In this document: piece after piece, positions 50,611 through 60,035 of the stretch
How the letters are laid out: the number at the start of each line of letters is the position of its first letter
Numbering within the stretch: the stretch's first letter is position 1
Assembly (NCBI GenBank): GCA_031555055.1
Contig: JAVBUT010000006.1
Span: forward strand, 3,886 to 67,885
Length of the DNA: 64,000 bases
Direction: 5' to 3'
From: Alphaproteobacteria bacterium
GTDB lineage: Bacteria; Pseudomonadota; Alphaproteobacteria; Rs-D84
Notes under the pieces: model-generated
The model's input: only the letters and a program-made list of their open reading frames with translations
Told to the model about the DNA's origin: nothing
Databases searched by the model: none
Program-made: the position numbers and the translations under genes

Positions 50611-51212
50611 ATTATTTCCTTTACCGGTTTATACGATTTTCTATAGTGTTCATTTATACCATATTTTTCGATTGCCTGCAAATGCGACGCAGTGGGGTAT
50701 CCGGCATTTTTATCCCATCCGTATTGCGGAAACTGACGCGCCAGATCGGACATTATTTTATCGCGCGTAACCTTGGCCACAATGGACGCCGCCGCGATTG
50801 AAATTGATTTCGCGTCACCTTTTACGATTGCACGGCCAACAACATCTGTCGGTAATCGGTTCCCGTCGACCAAAACGAATTCCGGATGCGTTTCCAACGA
50901 ATCGATCGCGCGTTTCATCGCACACATCGATGCCCATAAGATATTCAGTTCGTCAATCTCGGCCGGGCTGCATTGTCCGATCCCGACGATACAGTTTTCC
51001 ATAATCCATTCGTACGCCGCGTCACGCTGGCGCGCGGTCATCTTTTTCGAATCGGTGATTATCAAAGTTTTTGGAACACAAGGAATTCCCGCCTGCGCGG
51101 GAATTATAACCGCGGCGGCGACAACCGGTCCGCACAATGGTCCGCGTCCGGCCTCGTCCACACCGGCAACGACGCGCGCACCGCATTCAATTTCAAAAGA
51201 AAAATCTGGCAT
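50592..51212 (-). CDS. rnhB: ribonuclease HII
   Basis: AGVDEAGRGPLCGPVVAAAV, DSKKMT, AAASIVAKVTRD. Confidence 0.93.
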   Translation of the reverse strand: MPDFSFEIECGARVVAGVDEAGRGPLCGPVVAAAVIIPAQAGIPCVPKTLIITDSKKMTARQRDAAYEWIMENCIVGIGQCSPAEIDELNILWASMCAMKRAIDSLETHPEFVLVDGNRLPTDVVGRAIVKGDAKSISIAAASIVAKVTRDKIMSDLARQFPQYGWDKNAGYPTASHLQAIEKYGINEHYRKSYKPVKEIICKSEQ

Positions 51213-51264
51213 TCTCTATTTTTCCATGATTGCTGGGTCAATTTAAATTATATGAGATGGATAA

Positions 51265-51318
51265 CGCCGGTGGCGATAGCGAAGTGTACAAATGCTACAT
51301 GAGTCATCGCCACCGGCG
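51265..51318. repeat. GTGTA-loop hairpin element, copy 3 (just 3' of slt)
   Basis: CGCCGGTGGCGAT / ATCGCCACCGGCG stem around AAGTGTACAAATGCTACATGAGTCA. Confidence 0.6.
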
Positions 51319-51335
51319 CTAGACATCCATAGAAT

Positions 51336-53057
51336 TTAAATTGAAAGTCTGTCTGCAACCTGTTGACGCACATAGTCGTCTTCGTTGTTATACAGCGGCC
51401 ACTTGCCATCGGCCAGGTCTTCCATCGACGTCAACGGCTGGTTCAGTTTTGCGCGATACAGCCACAGGTTTGACATTACGCGCTTGATATAATTTCTGGT
51501 TTCGTATGCCGGAAAGCTCTCGATATACAACAGCGGGTCCGATGTGTCAAAGGCCTTTTCAAACTTGGTCATCATGCCCATTCCGGCATTATAAGACGCC
51601 AACATTTTGATTATATTGTTGCCGATACAGGGTTGCGCCAACAGATCAACGATATGCTGTTGTCCCAGGAACATGTTATGTTCCGGATTCGACATATCGA
51701 TGTCGGACATTTTCATTTTCGCTGCGCGTGCTACAATTTTAGCAGTGCCCGGCATCAACTGCATCAGGCCGTTCGCGCCGGCGCCGGATTTCGCGGTTGT
51801 TTTGAATCCGCTTTCCTGTTTGGTGATCGCGAACAACAACGCGCGGTCGATCGACCACCCCCCCAGTGGCTCCCAATCCGGCAACGGATATTGCGCCGAA
51901 TAAATGATGTCTTTATCGATTTCCAGAATTCCGCGGTCGCGCACGACGTCGGCGACCTGCATTGAAACGCGCGGCAGACCATGCGTCGTCGCAACAGAGT
52001 TCACCGCGTGCAATGTGCGGTCAGACGCTTTGGATGTTATCATCAGTTTCAGATATTCTTCGGCACGCGCTTTTCGGTTTATTTGCAGCAGCGCCAGCGA
52101 GATTTTTCCGTATTTATCTTTTTGCAATTCTTCAATATCTTCATCATCGTATTCTTGTTCGAAAAATTCGTACGACGGCCGATCCCCCAGCATTGTCGCC
52201 GACAGCGCGCCGTAAAAAGCCATCGGATGCGCGGCGCCTGTTTTCCAATATTTTTTCGCTTCGGCATTTTCGTCATTGGCGTACGCGGCGCGACCGGCCC
52301 AGAATGCGGCTTCGGTCTTTCGCGCGTCGTTGATCTGCCCCAGCTTTAAAATTTCGCTGAAATATTTTTTCGATTCCTTGAACTTGCCCTCTTTGTAATA
52401 CAGCAAACCCATGGTCCACAACCCGTATTCCGAATCGGCGTCGGATGCCACAAAGCCCCATTTTTTCGCCAGCTCGTACTCTCCATTAGTATAATACACG
52501 AACGACAGGCGTCCGGCCAGACGACCGTAATCAGCCTCGGTCAGTTTCTTTTTAAAGGAAGTTTCTTCTAGCAGATTCCGCGCGGTTTTCGTACTGCCGG
52601 TGCGGATTGCTTTTTTGAATTTTGTGATTTTTTTATCGGTGTCGCCGGTGTATTTTTTCTGGGTCCAGGTCTCGGACTGGGCGGTTTCGATCGACTTTCC
52701 GTTTATCGGGGTTGGGACTTTTGGTGATTTCACCGCGACTTTTTTAATCTTGGCCAGGTTTGCCATGCGTTCGGCCCCCGGCATGGTGTTGTATTTGTTC
52801 ATCCATGCGACGACTTCGGTTCCCTTGGTGCGGTATGTTTTCGAAGTATATCTTTGATACAGCACCTCGTTCATCAGCAGCGGGTCGGATATTTTTTTAT
52901 CCAGTTTCATCGCCGCATCGATTTTTTCGCGCGACTGCAGATCAAATATCTGTGCATACGTGCCAGCGTCTTCTTCGGACAATATTACCGGCAATTCAGA
53001 TGCCGAAACCGACACCGACACCGACATGAACATCAAAAATGTTATAATTTTTCTCAT
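51336..53057 (-). CDS. slt: soluble lytic murein transglycosylase (Slt70-like)
   Basis: Start MRKIITFLMFMSVSVSVSA at 53057. Superhelical N-terminal repeats. Catalytic domain AITKQESGF...GLMQLMP...YNAG. Confidence 0.85.
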   Translation of the reverse strand: MRKIITFLMFMSVSVSVSASELPVILSEEDAGTYAQIFDLQSREKIDAAMKLDKKISDPLLMNEVLYQRYTSKTYRTKGTEVVAWMNKYNTMPGAERMANLAKIKKVAVKSPKVPTPINGKSIETAQSETWTQKKYTGDTDKKITKFKKAIRTGSTKTARNLLEETSFKKKLTEADYGRLAGRLSFVYYTNGEYELAKKWGFVASDADSEYGLWTMGLLYYKEGKFKESKKYFSEILKLGQINDARKTEAAFWAGRAAYANDENAEAKKYWKTGAAHPMAFYGALSATMLGDRPSYEFFEQEYDDEDIEELQKDKYGKISLALLQINRKARAEEYLKLMITSKASDRTLHAVNSVATTHGLPRVSMQVADVVRDRGILEIDKDIIYSAQYPLPDWEPLGGWSIDRALLFAITKQESGFKTTAKSGAGANGLMQLMPGTAKIVARAAKMKMSDIDMSNPEHNMFLGQQHIVDLLAQPCIGNNIIKMLASYNAGMGMMTKFEKAFDTSDPLLYIESFPAYETRNYIKRVMSNLWLYRAKLNQPLTSMEDLADGKWPLYNNEDDYVRQQVADRLSI

Positions 53058-53059
53058 AT

Positions 53060-53566
53060 TTAAAACAGCGTAGTTTTGTTTTTCGGCAAATCGCATACAA
53101 ATGCGCCATCGTCCGCTTCGGGTATTTGGTTAATTATTTTCTTAAAGTCTGATATTTTTGAAAACTTACGATATACGGACACAAACCGCACGAACGCAAT
53201 CGGGTCCAGATTCAATAAAGAATCCGACACCATCTGTCCGACCAGTTCCGAACTGACCGTGTCGTCAACCGTTTCTGTTTCCAGACGACGGTGGATAGAT
53301 GTGACCAGTTTTTCAACCTGCTCTTCCTTGACGTCCCGGTTGCGGCAAGCGACCAGTATGCTGCGTTTCAGCTTTTCACGATCGAATTGTTCCAGTTTGC
53401 CGTTATTTTTCCGCACGGTCAGGTCGCGCATTTGGACACGTTCGACAGTTGTGAACTTTGCGCCACAGTCATTACAGACACGGCGACGGCGAATAGTCGC
53501 GTCTTCGGTATCAGGTCTGGAATCCTTGACCTGGCTTTCGCTGGAATTGCAATACGGGCATCTCAT
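53060..53566 (-). CDS. nrdR: transcriptional repressor NrdR
   Basis: MRCPYCNSSESQVKDSR...RRRRVCNDCGAKFTTVE plus an ATP-cone. Confidence 0.95.
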   Translation of the reverse strand: MRCPYCNSSESQVKDSRPDTEDATIRRRRVCNDCGAKFTTVERVQMRDLTVRKNNGKLEQFDREKLKRSILVACRNRDVKEEQVEKLVTSIHRRLETETVDDTVSSELVGQMVSDSLLNLDPIAFVRFVSVYRKFSKISDFKKIINQIPEADDGAFVCDLPKNKTTLF

Positions 53567-53613
53567 ATCCCGAAAAGCATAGAAAATTTTGAACCAATGG
53601 GCAAGAAAAAAAA

Positions 53614-53689
53614 GGAATCAGGAATTAGGAATCAGGAATCAGTAGGGGCGCGTGGAAACGCGCCCTGGGCGAATTCCCATTCGCCCCTA
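53614..53689. repeat. GGAATCA heptamers plus two REPs in the nrdR/ccrM divergent region
   Basis: GTAGGGGCGCGTGGAAACGCGCCCT and GGGCGAATTCCCATTCGCCCCTAT. Confidence 0.75.
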
Positions 53690-53794
53690 TCTATCCACTT
53701 TCCCCCTTTTTCATAAAAATCAAGACATTTATTTAATGGCGCGGCGGCCGGATACGCTTTTTTCACACCCTGATTTATGATAAAATACATGGCT

Positions 53795-53816
53795 GTAGGG
53801 GCGCATATTTGCGCCC
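53795..53816. repeat. REP GTAGGGGCGCATATTTGCGCCC immediately upstream of ccrM
   Basis: Identical to the REP at 31628-31649. It creates the spurious N-terminal extension MIKYMAVGAHICAQ. Confidence 0.8.
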
Positions 53817-53827
53817 AAAGAGAGAGA

Positions 53828-54928
53828 ATGCAAAAATATCTGAATAAAATCTTGGCCGGCGATTGTATTGAACGTATGCGCGAACTGCCGGATGCGTCGG
53901 TTGACGCTGTTTTTGCTGATTCCCCATATAATTTGCAACTTGGGGACAAAACGCTGTATCGCCCAGAAGACCAGACCGCTGCACGCGCAGTGCGCGATTC
54001 TTGGGATTCTTTCGCGTCCAACGCCGAATATGATAATTTCAGTCGCGAATGGATGGCCGAATGCAAGCGTGTGCTGAAACCGGACGGCGCAATGTGGATC
54101 ATCGGCAGTTATCATAATATATTCCGCCTGGGGGCGATTATGCAGGACCTGGGGTTTTGGATTTTGAACGATATTGTTTGGGTAAAAACGAATCCTATGC
54201 CGAATTTCCGCGGGACACGGTTTACAAATGCGCACGAAACACTGATTTGGGCGACGCCGAAAAAAACCGGCAAATATACTTTCAATTACGAAACGATGAA
54301 AAAAATCAACGGTGGCAAGCAGATGCGATCCGATTGGGACATCGACATATGCCTGGGCCGGGAACGGATCAAGGGCAATTCCGGCAAATCATTGCACAAT
54401 ACGCAAAAACCGCTGGACCTGTTGCATCGCGTGATTTTGGCTTCGACCAAGCCTGGCGACATAATACTGGACCCGTTTATGGGATCGGGCACGACGGCCG
54501 CAGCCGCCAAAGAACTGGGCCGCAATTTCATCGGATTCGAACGTGATGAATCGTACGTCGCCGCCGCGCGCGCGCGCGTTGATTCTGTGATTCCGGTTGA
54601 TCTGACGGGCATTGAAGTCGCCGCACCAAAACGTGATGAAATCCGCGTTTCGTTTGCAGAATTGATTGACGGCGGCCTGCTCTATCCGGGCCAGACATTG
54701 GTCAGTCCGCGCGGCGAACGCGTCATGATCACGCGCGACGCCCAGCTGACGCATACATTGCACGGCAAGGCGTCGATCCATGTCATGGCTGCAAAACTGC
54801 AGCGCAGTGTCAGCTTTAACGGCTGGGATTATTGGTCGGCGGAAAAAAAAGATGGGAATCTGGTCCCGATCGATGAACTGCGCAAATACGTCCGCAGCGT
54901 GAAACAAGACATCAAAAAAGCGGCATAA
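53828..54928 (+). CDS. ccrM: CcrM-type (beta-class) N6-adenine DNA methyltransferase
   Basis: Start MQKYLNKILAGDCIERM at 53828 (upstream residues are read through a REP). DSPYNL (motif IV) precedes DPFMGSGTTAAAA (motif I). About 80-aa C-terminal domain, as in CcrM. Confidence 0.9.
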   Translation: MQKYLNKILAGDCIERMRELPDASVDAVFADSPYNLQLGDKTLYRPEDQTAARAVRDSWDSFASNAEYDNFSREWMAECKRVLKPDGAMWIIGSYHNIFRLGAIMQDLGFWILNDIVWVKTNPMPNFRGTRFTNAHETLIWATPKKTGKYTFNYETMKKINGGKQMRSDWDIDICLGRERIKGNSGKSLHNTQKPLDLLHRVILASTKPGDIILDPFMGSGTTAAAAKELGRNFIGFERDESYVAAARARVDSVIPVDLTGIEVAAPKRDEIRVSFAELIDGGLLYPGQTLVSPRGERVMITRDAQLTHTLHGKASIHVMAAKLQRSVSFNGWDYWSAEKKDGNLVPIDELRKYVRSVKQDIKKAA

Positions 54929-54934
54929 GCTTTT

Positions 54935-55669
54935 TTAGTTAAAAAAAGAAAATATATACGGTGCAACGTCATCGGTCATCGCAAAATCCGCACATGCACC
55001 AGGACAGTCCTTTCCACAGTTGCTAAGTGTTCCAATAATCGGTGCCAATATCCAGTAACCGTTTGTCGCATCTATTTTTCTTTTTGCACGGCACCAACAA
55101 TACCCCCCACCCCAGCTATATGTTGGCGTACCTATGCGTGTCTCTGGATCGTCCATCTGATTTTTAGTACTGCACATTGCCTGGATATAATAGTACGGAT
55201 AAACATTTGCCTGTCTCAGCCTTTCCTCTAGATCGGTCGAAATTGTCACCGAAGTTATAGTATAGTTCGGATGCAATGCATTAAATTCTGACGAGTATGT
55301 ATAAATCTCTGAATAATCATCTATGGCCAATTGCAAATACGGATCACCATCGGATAAAGACACCAAAGAATCAATCGTACCGATCACAGCATTCGTGTCG
55401 ACAACCTGTTGCGACGCCAGCGCATTGTCGCAATATCTGACCGCCGGTAATTCCGAATTCAGCTCTTGATTAACAACATCGACCGTGCACAACAGATACT
55501 TCATATTGGCGGCCTGGGTTTGCAAAGGATTGGCAATATTTATATTTACCGAATGCTTTTGATTTATGTAATCGTGAATGTATTTAACATTGGCGATCTG
55601 CGCGGCAATCACGTCCGACGAAACACAAAGCACTCCAAAAAACACTGATAAACAAAACCTTGTCATCAT
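54935..55669 (-). CDS. secreted protein with CWCRAKRK motif, paralog A
   Basis: Signal peptide. N-terminal QIANVKYIHDYINQKHSVNINIANPLQTQAANMKYLLC. C-terminal GGGYCWCRAKRK...CGKDCPGAC. Confidence 0.7.
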   Translation of the reverse strand: MMTRFCLSVFFGVLCVSSDVIAAQIANVKYIHDYINQKHSVNINIANPLQTQAANMKYLLCTVDVVNQELNSELPAVRYCDNALASQQVVDTNAVIGTIDSLVSLSDGDPYLQLAIDDYSEIYTYSSEFNALHPNYTITSVTISTDLEERLRQANVYPYYYIQAMCSTKNQMDDPETRIGTPTYSWGGGYCWCRAKRKIDATNGYWILAPIIGTLSNCGKDCPGACADFAMTDDVAPYIFSFFN

Positions 55670-55693
55670 TGTTGTTCATCCTTTTTAAAACCG

Positions 55694-56443
55694 TTATGGA
55701 TTAATCCATGGTTCGAAAACCGCAATCATAAAATCCTGATTCGTTGTCACAGCGTTTACGCATACCGTACCGCAATTTTTTGCACACGCCGTGGAATCAG
55801 GTGCATTAAGATTGTACGAATATATCCAATCACTGTTCTGGGCGTTTGCTTTTCTTTTTGCCCTGCACCAACAAAATGTTCCTTGGCCAAAAGACTCCGA
55901 AAGACCCGGTTCCCCATAGCTTCCAAACTCATTGGTGCATATTGATTGTACATAATAGCCGGGATATATACCAGCGAACTCCAAGTCCTCTTCTTTCACC
56001 GGATCAATTGTTACCGTCTGGGATAAATAGGTCGGATGCAATGCGTTAAATTCTGACGAATACGTATAAACACCCGGATAATCTGCCAACGCCAAGTGCA
56101 AATACGGATCACCACTGCCGGACAACGATACCAAAGAATCAATCGCGCCAACCACTGCGGTCGTATCAACAGCCTGTTGCAACGCCAGCGCATGGTCGCA
56201 ATATCTGACTGTCGGTGGCGCACCATTCAGTTCTTGGTTCACAAGATCAACCATGCACAACAGGTATTTCATATTGGCGGCCTGGGTTTGCAAAGGATTG
56301 GCGATATTTATATTTACCGAATGCTTTTGATTTATGTAATCGTGAATGTATTTAACATTTGCGATCTGTCCGGCGCCCGCGTTTATCGAAACACAAAGCA
56401 CCCCGCAAACAATCAACAGGCAAACTATTCTTGGCATTGTCAT
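55694..56443 (-). CDS. secreted protein with CWCRAKRK motif, paralog B
   Basis: Same N-terminal block, nearly identical at the DNA level. GTFCWCRAKRK...CAKNCGTVC. Confidence 0.7.
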   Translation of the reverse strand: MTMPRIVCLLIVCGVLCVSINAGAGQIANVKYIHDYINQKHSVNINIANPLQTQAANMKYLLCMVDLVNQELNGAPPTVRYCDHALALQQAVDTTAVVGAIDSLVSLSGSGDPYLHLALADYPGVYTYSSEFNALHPTYLSQTVTIDPVKEEDLEFAGIYPGYYVQSICTNEFGSYGEPGLSESFGQGTFCWCRAKRKANAQNSDWIYSYNLNAPDSTACAKNCGTVCVNAVTTNQDFMIAVFEPWINP

Positions 56444-56452
56444 CTAAACCTT

Positions 56453-57436
56453 TTAAGGTGTCGGCAAAGTCGGCGTCGGCACATTCAAAATTCCAACCAT
56501 TGAGTAAGTACCGGCAGTTGTCAAAACAGCGTTTGCTGGGGTCGGACCCGTTTCTCCCTGGGGGCCTTGCGAACCAGTGGCGCCTGTTTCACCTTGGATG
56601 CCCTGGATACCTTGCTCGCCCTGTTCACCCCTTTCACCTTGGATACCTTGTTCACCCGGGATACCTTGCGGACCGACAGCACCAGTGTCACCTTTTGGAC
56701 CCGCGGGACCTGTTGCACCAGCAGGACCAACTTCACCCTGGGGGCCGGTCAAACCAATCGGCCCGATCGGTCCAACTGGTCCTATTTCACCTTGTGGACC
56801 CTGGGGACCTACCTCACCTTGTTCACCCCTTTCTCCTTGGATACCTTGCTCGCCTGGGATACCTTGCGGACCGACAGCGCCTGTTTCACCCTGGGGGCCG
56901 GCTATACCTATACCCTGGGGACCAGCCGGTCCAGTAGCACCATCCAAACCAGCAGGACCAATTTCACCCTGGGGACCCGCTGGACCGGTCAGACCAATAG
57001 GGCCCTGGGGGCCAACAGGACCAATTTCGCCCTGGGGACCCGCTGGACCGACAGTATCAGAGACCATACCTTCGACTTCACTTTTCGTATAAACATCGGC
57101 GATATTCGCTTTGTTTGTATCCATTACATCTATACGGTTATCCAGCCGGCCTTCAACATTATCGACCCGCGTATTCGTCGCGTATTGTGACAAGTCCGCG
57201 CCTGTACCGCCTGTGGTGGAAATTCCTTTGCCACGCGAATTCAAAAACGATGTTGTGCTTAACCTGTTGGTTGCACTTGCGACATACGCCCCTGTGGGTT
57301 TTGGCACTGTACTGATCGTCACAGATTGTACTTTTGGCATGGGTATAGACCCACGAACTGTTGGTGTCGCACCAATCGCGTCCAGCGCAAAGAATATCGT
57401 AATTAGCACCGCAGTACTGCCTGATATTTTTCTCAT
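56453..57436 (-). CDS. collagen-like triple-helix repeat protein (secreted)
   Basis: Signal peptide. Tail-fibre-like N-terminal region ([18 protein letters not shown]). About 56 Gly-X-Y triplets ([29 protein letters not shown]...). Short C-terminal non-collagen segment. Confidence 0.85.
   Translation of the reverse strand: MRKISGSTAVLITIFFALDAIGATPTVRGSIPMPKVQSVTISTVPKPTGAYVASATNRLSTTSFLNSRGKGISTTGGTGADLSQYATNTRVDNVEGRLDNRIDVMDTNKANIADVYTKSEVEGMVSDTVGPAGPQGEIGPVGPQGPIGLTGPAGPQGEIGPAGLDGATGPAGPQGIGIAGPQGETGAVGPQGIPGEQGIQGERGEQGEVGPQGPQGEIGPVGPIGPIGLTGPQGEVGPAGATGPAGPKGDTGAVGPQGIPGEQGIQGERGEQGEQGIQGIQGETGATGSQGPQGETGPTPANAVLTTAGTYSMVGILNVPTPTLPTP
56543..57049. repeat. Gly-X-Y coding repeat region with a long internal duplication
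   Basis: [24 protein letters not shown] occurs twice. All alternative-frame ORFs here are artefacts of the repeat. Confidence 0.85.
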
Positions 57437-57467
57437 GATTCTCTCTCCTTGTTTCTCTCATATGGCG

Positions 57468-58205
57468 TTAGAATTTCAGTCTGGCGCCGACCATCAAGCT
57501 GTTTGTCCAAATATTGCTGACATCGTTTATAAAGATATCGCCGGTAACGCCACGCGAATGGCTTTGTCCGCCGGTATACATAAGGCGATATTGAATATGT
57601 ATGGAAAAATTATTGCTTATGTCTTGTTCCAGACCTGCGATCAGTTGGGTTGCGAATGTTGTTTCCGTCTGACTGTCGTTACCATCGTTTGTAAACACCG
57701 GCCCGGCGTCTGTCACCTCTACAAACGCCAGCCCCAGCCCCGCGCCGCCATAAATGCTGGTCGCGCCCCATCTGGCAAGCGTATAAATCGCATTCACAGT
57801 CAAGTATTGCGACGACAGCGAAAACGTCGCGCCGGAATCATGGTCATCAAACGTTCCTGTTTCCCCATAGTTTAATTCGGCACGCCATTTTGGCGCAAAG
57901 CGGTATCCCAAAGACATGTCAAAGCCAATTTGCGGAACAAGTGAAAAAGACTCTGTCTCGCTGTCAAACGGATCGCTGGCCAATGAATATTGATTGCTGA
58001 AACTGGCCATGTTATAGGCAAACCGTATCCCCAGGTAAAAATCATAAAGATTTTTTATACTGTTTTCTGAAATAAATTTTGCATTTTGATAATCAGGATA
58101 ATACGGCTCGTCCGCCCCATATGCCACATCCACCGGATACGCGACCGCACCTGTAACAGAAACCGATATCACCATCGCGACGATCGACAACGTTGTTTTT
58201 TTCAT
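57468..58205 (-). CDS. outer-membrane beta-barrel protein (first gene of the collagen-like operon)
   Basis: Signal peptide MKKTTLSIVAMVISVSVTGAVA. Beta strands. C-terminal MVGARLKF. Confidence 0.75.
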   Translation of the reverse strand: MKKTTLSIVAMVISVSVTGAVAYPVDVAYGADEPYYPDYQNAKFISENSIKNLYDFYLGIRFAYNMASFSNQYSLASDPFDSETESFSLVPQIGFDMSLGYRFAPKWRAELNYGETGTFDDHDSGATFSLSSQYLTVNAIYTLARWGATSIYGGAGLGLAFVEVTDAGPVFTNDGNDSQTETTFATQLIAGLEQDISNNFSIHIQYRLMYTGGQSHSRGVTGDIFINDVSNIWTNSLMVGARLKF

Positions 58206-58499
58206 AAACGCCCCCTTTATTGGCTTGATAAAAAATCACCAAACGATTCGTTTTTATAACAATACATGCGGCCCATTGCCACATATCAAAACTTGAACCG
58301 TTTTTTATTTATATTCAGTCGCAACAAGAAATCCGTTTTGGATTTCGCCTTGCGTTTTTTAAACCGGGCGCATATTTCAGTGAAAACGATTTATACAGTT
58401 TTCAAATTTCGCCCTGTGTAATACGTATGGTATTTTATCATAATTTTTCATCATGGCCTAGCATTTTATTCCCACAAAAAATCCAGGAAATAAAAAAAA

Positions 58500-58568
58500 G
58501 GGCGTATGCAATACGTCCCCACAAATTCGATTCACGAAAAAAAAGGGCGAATAATAATTCGCCCCTAC
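58500..58568. repeat. REP pair with the conserved linker AAATTCGATTCACGAAAAAAAA
   Basis: GGGCGTATGCAATACGTCCCC and GGGCGAATAATAATTCGCCCCTAC. The linker resembles 37992-38013. Confidence 0.75.
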
Positions 58569-58574
58569 GATTGA

Positions 58575-59987
58575 TTAATGAGTCGTCATCTTGTCCAACG
58601 TTTTCTTGTTGATTTTGACCGGATATTCGCGCATCAAATAAGAATTATAGTCATCCATGATTTCACGGTTGGCCATCTTTTCCAATTCCGCGCGCAATGC
58701 CTTTTGTTTGGCGGCATCGGCTTTTGGTGCGATTTCCTTTTTGACGCTTAAGACATAAAACGCATCACTGGACGGCACGATCGTACTTGTGCCAATAGTG
58801 TTCGCAAAGGCCGCGACCAAGACATCATTCGGCGCACCGGACGCACGCGATACCGTCGCGGACTTCGCCGACTTTAAGACTGTTCCCGCCTTTAAATCAA
58901 CCAGCAGTTCATTCGCACGAACATACGCGTGTTTTTTCTGTTCTTCGCGTTTCCAGCCCGCAACCAATTTGTCTTTGACAGAATTAAATTCCGCCGTATG
59001 GGCCGCATTTATATTATCGACGCGCAAAATCACAAAGCCCTGTTTGGTTTCGATGATTTCGGATTCCATGCCCGCGTCCATATTGAATATCTTGGACAAG
59101 ATCACATCGTTGATAATCGTATCAACCGGACGGTTGTCGCGCGCGAACGCCGGTAAAGACACGAATTTTGCCTTTAACCGATCGGCTGTTTTAGCCATGG
59201 ATTCGCCTGCGATTATATCATCTTCGATCTGTTGCGCTTTTTTATATCCGGCGTCATAAGTATCCGGCGCATCCATTTTTGCCGGCACCAGAACATACGA
59301 TACGGTCCGTGTTTCGGCGACGGTTTTCGGATTCTTTGCATAGAATTCTTTCAGCTGTGCCTCGGTCGGATTACCAGCCTTGAAATCTTCGAATTTGACA
59401 GTCGAATATTCGATCGCACGTTCGCCATACCGGGCATTGTACGCCGCATTAACCGTAAAATTCGGTACAGTTACCGGCATCGACATCGCCCCCAATGTAT
59501 AGCCGCGCAATATCGTTCCGCGCAGATATTCCGCAAACTGGTTTTCTGTAAATCCGGATTGGGATAAAATATAGCCGAAACGGAAAGGAGAAAATTCGCC
59601 GCCTTCGGAAAACTCCGGAAAAGTTTTGATTTCCGCGGCGACGCGTTTATCCGTCACCACAAAGCCCATGTCGTGCGCATGATTTCTGATCATGACGTCA
59701 TTGATCATGTCGGACAATACCTTGCCGTAAAATTGGTTTGCGAACACAGGATCGGTATAGACCTGTTTTTGTTGTTCACGCGACAGTTTCGCCAGCGCGC
59801 GGGATTTTTCCACTGTGAATTCCTTGACCCCGATTTCGGTACCGCCGACCGTTGCGACAACGCTGTCGCGACGCCCGCCGCTGAATATCCAGTCGGCAAC
59901 GCCCCATCCGACGAACGAAAAGATCAGCACGCCCATCAGAATTTTGGCGACCGGCTTGTTTGACACATCACGTAAATATTCTAGCAT
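58575..59987 (-). CDS. ppiD: PpiD/SurA-like periplasmic chaperone (parvulin-type PPIase D)
   Basis: Start MLEYLRDVSNKPVAKILMGVLIFSFVGWG at 59987 with AAAGGTGGA RBS. N-terminal TM plus SurA-N-like domain. Divergent from tpiA. Confidence 0.8.
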   Translation of the reverse strand: MLEYLRDVSNKPVAKILMGVLIFSFVGWGVADWIFSGGRRDSVVATVGGTEIGVKEFTVEKSRALAKLSREQQKQVYTDPVFANQFYGKVLSDMINDVMIRNHAHDMGFVVTDKRVAAEIKTFPEFSEGGEFSPFRFGYILSQSGFTENQFAEYLRGTILRGYTLGAMSMPVTVPNFTVNAAYNARYGERAIEYSTVKFEDFKAGNPTEAQLKEFYAKNPKTVAETRTVSYVLVPAKMDAPDTYDAGYKKAQQIEDDIIAGESMAKTADRLKAKFVSLPAFARDNRPVDTIINDVILSKIFNMDAGMESEIIETKQGFVILRVDNINAAHTAEFNSVKDKLVAGWKREEQKKHAYVRANELLVDLKAGTVLKSAKSATVSRASGAPNDVLVAAFANTIGTSTIVPSSDAFYVLSVKKEIAPKADAAKQKALRAELEKMANREIMDDYNSYLMREYPVKINKKTLDKMTTH

Positions 59988-60035
59988 TTTTCCACCTTTT
60001 GAGATAACATAGCACTTCAAACAGGAGAAAATCAA

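Noticed and set aside
56521-57190. Several plus- and minus-strand ORFs overlapping the collagen-like gene.
   Set aside because: Alternative-frame readings of the Gly-X-Y repeat. Only the minus-strand frame gives a signal peptide plus a regular GXY pattern.
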